Assembly (NCBI RefSeq): GCF_006345805.1
Contig: NW_021828709.1
Coordinates: forward strand, 1 to 7,953
Origin: Octopus sinensis
Lineage: Eukaryota
Reading direction: 5' to 3'
DNA: 7,953 bases
The notes under the pieces: model-generated
What the model was told of the DNA's origin: nothing
Database searches by the model: none
The model's input: only the letters and a program-made list of their open reading frames with translations
In this document: positions 1 through 7,475 of the stretch, in pieces
Position numbering within the stretch: the stretch's first letter is position 1
Layout of the letters: every line of letters begins with the position of its first letter
Translations under genes and position numbers: made by a program

Positions 1-134
1 TTTTGTTTGTTCGGGAGTTTCTTCTTATCGTAGAAGAAATACCTAAGGTTCTTTGGCTGCTATTTCTAAACTTCGGTATGTGGTAAAGCAAATATTTGCT
101 GAACCCTAATTATAATTATACTCGTAATTATAAA

Positions 135-178
135 ATATATATATGTGTATACACACACACAGACACACACACCCACAG

Positions 179-220
<42 letters not shown>

Positions 221-224
221 TATA
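135..224. repeat. Compound (TA)n/(CA)n/(TA)n microsatellite abutting the left palindrome arm
   Basis: Read directly from the sequence. Confidence 0.95.
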
Positions 225-268
225 GATAGATAAATGAAAGAATGGAGGCGAACGACGATTTAACAAAA

Positions 269-367
269 TTCCTTTATTCTCGACATATGTTTCGAAGACT
301 GCATATTCCTAATTCCGAAGGAATAAAGGATGCATTATGCCGCCTTCTCTTCAGGAAAGACAAGGAA
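269..367 (-). ncRNA. Type I hammerhead ribozyme, family B (mirror copy with fully palindromic helix III, ACAUAUGU)
   Basis: Minus strand reads ...uuuc CUGAAGA gaaggcggcau...augcagucuuc GAAAC AUAU GUC gagaauaaaggaa. Core at 354-348, GUC at 284-282. Confidence 0.83.
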
Positions 368-484
368 CTTATGTCAGCATCATGCCGAACAAAAACTTTT
401 AGATGACTGCCCACACGGAGTCCATAGTGGACTCCGTGTGGGCAGTCATCTAAAAGTTTTTGTTCGCTATGATGCTGACATAAG

Positions 485-583
485 TTCCTTGTCTTTCCTG
501 ATGAGAAGGCGGCATAATGCACCCTTTATTCCTTCGGAATTAGGAATATGCAGTCTTCGAAATATATGTCGAGAATAAAGGAA
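485..583 (+). ncRNA. Type I hammerhead ribozyme, family B (extended helix II, GUC site)
   Basis: Helix I ttcctt-gtc-tttc 485-497 / gaga-ata-aaggaa 571-583; CUGAUGA 498-504; helix II gaaggcggcat 505-515 / atgcagtcttc 548-558; GAAA 559-562; short helix III a-u-auau-g-u; GUC 568-570, predicted cut after 570. Confidence 0.8.
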
Positions 584-772
584 TTTTGTTAAATCGTCGT
601 TCGACTCCATTCTTTCATTTATCTATAGTAAAAAAAAACACACAAATTTCCACACGAAAGCAAGTGATCCCTGTCCTTTGCCCGTAGCTTCAACCGTGTT
701 TTCTGACGTGAATTTGCTACCCGGGTATCGGTTAACCGAATCCTCCATACTAGGATAATTCATTCAACTACT

Positions 773-775
<3 letters not shown>

Positions 776-843
<68 letters not shown>
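776..843. repeat. (TA)n microsatellite abutting the outer end of the left arm
   Basis: Read directly from the sequence. Confidence 0.95.
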
Positions 844-849
<6 letters not shown>

Positions 850-860
850 TATATAGAAGG

Positions 861-911
861 AGCTTCTACAGGACTAGAACTGTTTCATTCAAGAGAAATC
901 TTCAGGAAGCT
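861..911 (-). ncRNA. Type I hammerhead ribozyme, family A (inverted copy)
   Basis: Reverse complement of 6899-6948 with one extra base in helix II. CUGAAGA at 905-899, GAAA at 886-883, GUA at 869-867. Confidence 0.8.
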
Positions 912-1646
912 AGTTAACAAGAATTACTTATACCTCTACACATACACACATATATATATACACTCACACATACATATACATATCTACACATACACATATT
1001 ATGTATACATACACACACTCACTTGCATACACGTATACACACATGTATATATACACACACGACCACACATACATATACACACAGAAAAATATATATTACA
1101 CATACACACACATACTCACATACACGCATACACACACAAATCCATACACACACATGCACACACAACACACTAGTCCCTATATACACATATATACACACAC
1201 ACACACACACATATACATACACCCACACATACACATACATGCACATATATATACATACATACACATACATATACATATCTACACATACACATATATATAT
1301 ACACATATATATATATATATACACATATATATACACATATGTGTACCCATGCATACCTACACATACACACATATATATATACATATACAAATACAGACCC
1401 ATGCCCTAATTTTAGTTTTATTATCTTCGTTTATTACTTTTGTTATCTTTGGCCGCTTGGTCACAAACATCTTGGCTATGACAGCCAGACCATTTATCCG
1501 TCTACTGGAAAACAATTACTCATTCACTCACGCACACTCTTTAGCACGTACACTCACTCATTCGTACACTCATACGCATACACGCACGCACGCGTTATAT
1601 TCATACATACATACATCTACATACATTCACGTATATACACATACGT

Positions 1647-1759
1647 ACGCGTACCTACAGATTCATGTCTACACTCTTAGAAGGCTAGTCTATACATATA
1701 CACCGATAAATATAAATACACACACATACATGTACACCTACATACAAATACATACATGT

Positions 1760-1808
<49 letters not shown>

Positions 1809-1968
1809 CGCGTACCTACAGATTCATGTCTACACTCTTAGAAGGCTAGTCTATACATATACACCCATAAATATAAATACACACACATACATACATGTAC
1901 ACCTACATACAAATACATACATGTACATATATATATACACACACATATATATATACATATATATATAT
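1647..1968. repeat. Tandem duplication, ~161 bp unit (mirrored in the right arm at ~5500-5847)
   Basis: acgcgtacctacagattcatgtctacactcttagaaggctagtctatac starts at both 1647 and 1808. Both units are also present in the right arm. Confidence 0.9.
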
Positions 1969-2015
1969 ATAGATATATATATATATATATATATACATAT
2001 ATATATTCATACTAA

Positions 2016-2117
2016 CATGCATACTCAAAAAATAAGTAAATAGTAAATATATATACGCGCAGTTATTCATACATGCATACTCAAAAAATAAATATTAAGT
2101 ATATGTACGTGCAGTTA
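2016..2117. repeat. Tandem duplication, ~56 bp unit (mirrored at ~5360-5460)
   Basis: catgcatactcaaaaaataa...gcagtta starts at 2016 and at 2072. Confidence 0.85.
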
Positions 2118-2162
2118 CCTATTATATAGACGGATACATACATATAATAAACTTACACACAT

Positions 2163-2207
<45 letters not shown>

Positions 2208-2292
2208 CATATATACACACACATATATATAAACATATACATACACACAAACACCTACATATACACATACACACATACATACATATATATAT

Positions 2293-2325
<33 letters not shown>

Positions 2326-2457
2326 CATACACATACATATACACACAGAAAAATATATATATACACATACACACATATATATATACACATACACACATAT
2401 ATATACATACTTACACATGTACATATAAATACACACATAGATAACTCTACGTACCTA

Positions 2458-4175
2458 GCCGACAACGCCATCACAGCTAAGTACAAGAAAGTAGACGACG
2501 CAGCGCTAACTGAAACCAATTTAGCCGGGAAAGTGATTGCCACCTCCCTTAAAATCGATGACCGAACCGAACCCCTGAGGGTGAAGTCCCCACACTTCAC
2601 CCTGAAGGACCACAAAGACCATTTCGAAAATAAACCGTCGGTCCGTTTGATTAACCCAACCAAGTCTGACATCGGATCCGTCAGCAAGAAGATCCTGGAC
2701 AGGATTTTACCAAAAATGCGTGAAGCTTCACCCCTTCCACTCTGGAATAGGACCTCCGAGGCAATAACCTGGTTCCAGGATTTACCTGATAAAAGCAACA
2801 CCCGATTCCTACAACTGGATATCGAGGATTACTACGCCTCCATATCGGAGAGCTTGCTGATCGACGCGATTAACTTCGCCAGGAGGTCTTCCACCATCAC
2901 CGAGGTCGAGCAAGATGTGATACTCCACGCACGTAAGACTTTTCTTTTCTATGACGGATCCCACTGGATCAACAAAAATCTGTGACCCCCCTTCGACGTC
3001 AGCATGGGTGCTAACGACTCTGCTGAAATAAGTGACCTAGTGGGCCTTTTCATCCTCCATAGGCTGAAAAACCCTATTCACAGGCCTCTCCGGTGGTCTT
3101 TACCGCGATGACGGCCTTTTCGCCCTCCACAAAGTAAACCCCAGGACCACGGATGGGTTCCGGAAAAATCTTTACAACCTTCTTTAAACTTAGGCCCTTA
3201 ATTACCTTAGAATCCAACTTAACTAAAGCTAACTTCCTTGATGTCACCCTCGACTTAAAAACCTCACTTTATTACCCGTACCACAAACCGAATGAATCCC
3301 TTAAATATATAGATATTAATTCAAACCACCCCAAAATATATTAGATAACCTAGTAAAAAGTGTCTCAATTAGAATTTCTAGCCTGTCCGCCACGGAAGAT
3401 ATCTTTAAGGCCGCAGGCCCCTATTACAACGAGGCCCTGGCCCTCAGTGGCTTCAAAGATAAGATTACCTATACTAGTATAGCCCCACGCCAACCCAGGA
3501 AAAATAGACGAAGACACATTAGCTGGTACAACCCCCCCCCCTTCAACCGTGAGGTCGCTACACCTGTAGCTAAAATCTTCTTCACTCTCCTACAGAAACA
3601 CTTCCCCACCCAACATAAGTACTACCACTATCCTAAATAAGAACACTATTAGACTCTCCTACTCTACCACGCACGCGCAAATCTAGCCAGGAACCTAGCC
3701 AACAATGTGAAAAACTTAACATACCTACTTTTTCCGAGGCCCATCCAACGTCCGATAGCAATTGCAACTGCCCTGATAAAACTACCTGCCCCCTCAACAA
3801 CAACTGCCTACAGAGGGACCTAGTATATACATGCGAGGTAAGATCAGGCCCTGACGATAAAAGAAAATCCTACATAGGAATGACGTCAAACAGCTTTAAG
3901 ACCCGTTGGTACGCACACACACACTCGTTCCGGCGACAGGATAAATCCAACCAAACTACCCTCGCCGCCCACATCTGGTACCTTAAAAGGAATTCCATCC
4001 CCTTCAAGACCAAGTGGAAACTACTACAGAAGGCGCGCTCTGCATATCGGAGAGCCTAGAGATCTTGTTCGCCAAAGGCCCTCTCCTTAACAAAATCTCA
4101 GAACACTCCCCAAATTGTATGCATAAGAAGTATGCGAACTACAAGAACTATAGACCTACCCGGCAACCAGATTGA
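2458..4175 (+). pseudogene. Penelope-like element (Naiad-like) RT + C-terminal GIY-YIG endonuclease ORF, 5'-truncated, with one in-frame TGA and about 6-7 frameshifts
   Basis: Manual translation from 2458: ADNAITAKYKK...IATSLKIDDR...FTLKDHKDHFENKPSVRLINPTKSDIG (PLE RT N-terminal motifs); LDIEDYYASI (2815-); FDVSMGANDSAEISDLVG (2992-); GLYRDDGL (YRDD 3101-3112); NFLDVTLDL; YHKPNESLKYIDINSNHP; RRHISWYNPPPF; KHFPTQHKY..ILNKNTIRLSYS; CNCPDKTTCPLNNNC (3763-); LVY (3820-3828); YIG (3871-3879); FKTRWYAH; LAAHIWYLK; CISESLEI..LLNKISE..CMHKK; stop TGA 4173-4175. Frame changes near 3070, 3175, 3332, 3627, 3675 (perhaps also 3715) and 4040. Clade assignment is from remembered motifs, not a phylogeny. 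Confidence 0.95.
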
Positions 4176-4372
4176 TGCACACCCCACCCACAAAACCCCC
4201 CCAATCCCACCGTTCCCTAGCACCCCCGATTACCTTTTCTCCTAAGACCTTTCACATATTGTATGTGCACGCTTGTAGATGTGTATCGTATATATGTATA
4301 GAAATGTATGGGTATAGTAGGATTATACGCATGTATTATGTGTGTGTGTGCGTGTATGTATGTAAAAAAATA

Positions 4373-4374
<2 letters not shown>

Positions 4375-4429
<55 letters not shown>

Positions 4430-4452
4430 TATATGTATATATATGTATGTGC

Positions 4453-4483
<31 letters not shown>

Positions 4484-4639
4484 TAGATGTATGTATGTAT
4501 ATATGTATATTTGTGTGTATGCATATGTATGTGTATATGTATGTATGTTTGCACACATGTATATATATATGTGTGTGTATGTGTGTGTGTATGTATATGT
4601 GTGTATATATATATATTATATATATATATATGTGTGTAT

Positions 4640-4682
<43 letters not shown>

Positions 4683-4786
4683 TACACCACATACAACACA
4701 CATATATATACATGTGTGCAAACATACATACATATACACATACATATGCATACACACAAATATACATATATACATACATACATCTA

Positions 4787-4819
<33 letters not shown>

Positions 4820-4853
4820 GCACATACATATATATATACATATACACACACAC

Positions 4854-4884
<31 letters not shown>

Positions 4885-4895
4885 TATATATATAT
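4375..4895. repeat. Loop-less palindrome of compound TG/TA/CA microsatellite centred at 4638/4639
   Basis: Centre tgtgtatacaca 4633-4644; tttgcacacatg 4548-4559 pairs with catgtgtgcaaa 4711-4722. The peptide [28 protein letters not shown] occurs in both ORF 4217-4558(-) and ORF 4487-4939(+). Outer limits are approximate. Confidence 0.85.
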
Positions 4896-5150
4896 ATATA
4901 TGTGTATATATGTGTGTATGTATATATATGTGTATGTGAGTGTGTGTGTATACATGTGTGTATGTGTATGTGTATGTGTATGTATGTATGTATATATATG
5001 CGTGGGCATGGGTATATGTATATGTACATATGCGCGTACGCTCGTGTGTTTATGTATGTGTAGGTACGTAGAGTTATCTATGTGTGTATTTATATGTACA
5101 TGTGTAAGTATGTATATATATGTATGTGTGTGTATGTATATGTATGTGTA

Positions 5151-5197
<47 letters not shown>

Positions 5198-5273
5198 GTA
5201 TGTATGTGGGTATGTGTATATGTAGGGTTTTTTGTGTATATGTTATGTTTATATATATGTGTGTGTATATATG

Positions 5274-5326
<53 letters not shown>

Positions 5327-6589
5327 AAGTTTATTATATGTATGTATCCGTCTATATAATAGGTAACTGCACGTATATACTTAATATTTATTTTTTGAGT
5401 ATGCATGTATGAATAACTGCGCGTATATATTTACTATTTACTTATTTTTGAGTATGCATGTTAGTATGAATATATATATGTATTATATATATATATATTA
5501 TAATATATTATATATATATATATATTATGTATATATATGTGGTGTATATATATATGTACATGTTGTATTTGTATGTAGGTGTACATGTAATTATGTGTGT
5601 TATTTATATTTATGGGTGTATATGTATAGACTAGCCTTCTAAGAGTGTAGACATGAATCTGTAGGTACGCGTATATATATATATGTATATATTATATAAT
5701 AATAATATATATATATATATATTATATATATATGTGTACATGTATGTATTTGTATGTAGGTGTACATGTATGTGTGTGTATTTATATTATTGGTGTATAT
5801 GTATAGACTAGCCTTCTAAGAGTGTACATGAATCTGTAGGTAAGCGTACGTATGTGTATATACGTGAATGTATGTAGAATGTATGTATGTATGAATATAA
5901 CGCGTGCGTGCTGTATGCGTATGAGTGTACGAATGAGTGAGTGTACGTGCTAAAGAGTGTGCGTGAGTGAATGAGTAATTGTTTTCCAGTAGACGGATAA
6001 ATGGTCTGGCTGTCATAGCCAAGATGTTTGTGACCAAGCGGCCAAAGATAACAAAAGTAATAAACGAAGATAATAAAACTAAAATTAGGGCATGGGTCTG
6101 TATTTGTATATGTATATATATATGTGTGTATGTGTAGGTATGCATGGGTACACATATGTGTATATATATGTGTATATATATATATATATGTGTATGTATA
6201 TATATGTGTATATGTATGTGTATGTATGTATATATATATGTGTATGTATGTGTATGTGTGGGTGTATGTATATGTGTGTGTGTGTGTATATATGTGTATA
6301 TAGGGACTAGTGTGCTGTGTGTGCATGTGTGTGTATGGATTTGTGTGTGTATGCGTGTATGTGAGTATGTGTGTGTATGTGTATATATATATTTTTCTGT
6401 GTGTATATGTATGTGTGGTCGTGTGTGTATATATACATGTGTGTATACGTGTATGCAAGTGAGTGTGTGTATATACATAATATGTGTATGTGTAGATATG
6501 TATATGTATGTGTGAGTTATATATATGTGTGTATGTGTAGAGGTATAAGTGAGAATCTCCTTATTTACCTAAAACTCTATTCCCCCTTT

Positions 6590-6590
6590 A

Positions 6591-6623
<33 letters not shown>

Positions 6624-6760
6624 TATTTTTTTATTTTTTATTTTTTAATTTTTTTTTATAATTTTTTTTTATATTATTTTTTATATTTTATTATTTTCTA
6701 TTTTTTATTTTTTATTTTTTATTTTTTATTTTTTATTTTTTATTCTTATTTTTATTTATT
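6590..6760. repeat. (TA)n followed by a T-rich (T3-9A)n low-complexity tract
   Basis: Read directly from the sequence. Confidence 0.9.
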
Positions 6761-6898
6761 CTCCTATCTAATTTAACACTGACTCCTTGACCACTCCCCC
6801 AAGTATGATTTTTTGCGCTATGCCTACCCCCAAAAAGTCCCCCACCAACACCCCTTTAAACCTGCAAATGTATAATGCCAATACAATTCTTGTTAACT

Positions 6899-6948
6899 AG
6901 CTTCCTGAAGATTTCTCTGAATGAAACAGTTCTAGTCCTGTAGAAGCT
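6899..6948 (+). ncRNA. Type I hammerhead ribozyme, family A (compact, GUA cleavage site)
   Basis: Helix I agcttc 6899-6904 / gaagct 6943-6948; core CUGAAGA 6905-6911; weak helix II (ttc/gaa); GAAA 6923-6926; helix III ACAG/CUGU; NUH = GUA 6940-6942, predicted cut after 6942. Confidence 0.8.
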
Positions 6949-7031
6949 CCTTCTATATAATAAATTAATTTTACTCTGCTATGTATGAGTACCTTATTTA
7001 CTGTGGTTAACCCCGATCAACCCGGGACCTA

Positions 7032-7032
7032 C

Positions 7033-7078
<46 letters not shown>
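7032..7078. repeat. (TA)n(TG)n microsatellite 5' of the SINE
   Basis: Read directly from the sequence. Confidence 0.95.
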
Positions 7079-7079
<1 letters not shown>

Positions 7080-7368
7080 GAGGCGCAATGGCCTTGTGGC
7101 TAGGGCAGTGGTTGTAGGATCGTGGTTTCGATTCCCAGACCGGGCGTTGTGAGTGTTTATTGAGCGAAAACACCTAAAGCTCCATAAGATCCTGCAGGGG
7201 GGGTCCCTGCTGATCTCTTTCGCCACAACTTTCTCTCACTCTTTCTTCTGTTGATCTGCTCACTTAGCCAACAGGGTGGCGTCATTTGAAGGCTAAAACA
7301 ATGCGAAGCGCATTGTGACCAGCGATGTTTAGCAACATCTGAGAGCCTAGTTGGTCACGGTAGTCACG

Positions 7369-7372
<4 letters not shown>
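7079..7372 (+). mobile_element. tRNA-derived SINE (resembles octopus OR-type SINEs)
   Basis: Pol III A-box-like tggccttgtgg 7089-7099 and B-box-like ggtttcgattccc 7124-7136. These are followed by a non-tRNA body and 3' hairpins, with (TG)n and (TA)n flanks. The family name is from memory and needs Dfam/Repbase confirmation. Confidence 0.8.

Positions 7373-7410
<38 letters not shown>
7373..7410. repeat. (TA)n microsatellite at the SINE 3' end
   Basis: Read directly from the sequence. Confidence 0.95.
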
Positions 7411-7475
7411 CCCCTCCTGTTACTGCTGTTACTATTATTACTAATACTACGGTAAAACCATTTCCAAACACTCAC

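Larger units (their letters stand above)
226..626. repeat. 401 bp palindrome: 199 bp arms, 3-nt loop (tag 425-427); probable solo inverted PLE pseudo-LTR pair
   Basis: Positions pair as i+j=852, and ORFs 274-522(-) and 330-578(+) mirror each other. By eye there are 6 substitutions and no indels between the arms. Confidence 0.97.
844..2457 (-). repeat. Left arm of the large inverted repeat
   Basis: Reverse complement of the right arm at several non-microsatellite landmarks: 844-925 = 6885-6965; 926-940 (acttatacctctaca) = 6536-6550; 1394-1530 = 5964-6100; ...ataactctacgtaccta ending 2457 = taggtacgtagagttat... starting 5061. Confidence 0.95.
844..6965 (+). mobile_element. Composite PLE insertion: inverted pseudo-LTR/3' segment - truncated ORF - long microsatellite-filled 3' region - HHR-bearing pseudo-LTR end
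   Basis: The ORF begins exactly where the left inverted arm ends (2457/2458). Identical-family HHRs close both outer ends. An inverted upstream copy of the 3' end is a known PLE insertion architecture. Whether all the microsatellite DNA belongs to the element is inferred. Confidence 0.7.
5061..6965 (+). repeat. Right arm of the large inverted repeat (includes 6551-6884, absent from the left arm)
   Basis: Same landmarks as the left arm. Differences are mostly microsatellite length changes and small indels. Confidence 0.93.

Noticed and set aside
1-108. Possible next GPCR exon on the minus strand (attag|GG TTC AGC..., GFSKYLLYHIPKFRNSSQRTLG...), phase-compatible and open to the window edge
   Set aside because: No polypyrimidine tract, and the peptide does not resemble a GAIN domain. 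It cannot be assessed without the flanking sequence.
102-109. Telomere-like aaccctaa (also ccctaa near 1404)
   Set aside because: Single units only, which is expected by chance.
429-454. DSVWAVI* near the hairpin centre as the C-terminus of a PLE ORF
   Set aside because: Too short to support homology.
274-578. Two near-identical 82-aa ORFs on opposite strands
   Set aside because: A by-product of the palindrome. They overlap the ribozymes and have no recognisable domain.
1001-1849. 282-aa ORF with a hydrophobic stretch (ALILVLLSSFITFVIFG), and the mirrored or overlapping long ORFs at 4172-6661
   Set aside because: These are open frames through stop-free TA/CA/TG repeats. The hydrophobic piece is just the T-rich island, and the mirror ORFs reflect the inverted repeat.
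1647-2117. CRISPR-like or other prokaryotic repeat arrays
   Set aside because: The units are irregular tandem duplications in eukaryotic microsatellite DNA, with no repeat-spacer periodicity.
6549-6884. The segment missing from the left arm as a spliced-out intron
   Set aside because: GT is available at one end on each strand, but there is no AG at the matching deletion boundary.
6959-6964. AATAAA right after the HHR (also at 574-579)
   Set aside because: Suggestive position, but the hexamer is common in DNA this AT-rich and there is no transcript evidence.
226-6965. Retrozyme or circular RNA unit
   Set aside because: That needs same-family HHRs in direct tandem orientation. Here same-family copies are inverted, and same-strand copies belong to different families.
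844-6965. Large inverted repeat as a fold-back read artefact
   Set aside because: A 2.6 kb unique spacer, different outer flanks and an arm-specific 334 bp segment argue against it. Misassembly is still not excluded without reads.
7079-7140. Functional tRNA gene
   Set aside because: The A-B spacing is shortened, there is no intact cloverleaf or acceptor stem, and it continues into a SINE body.
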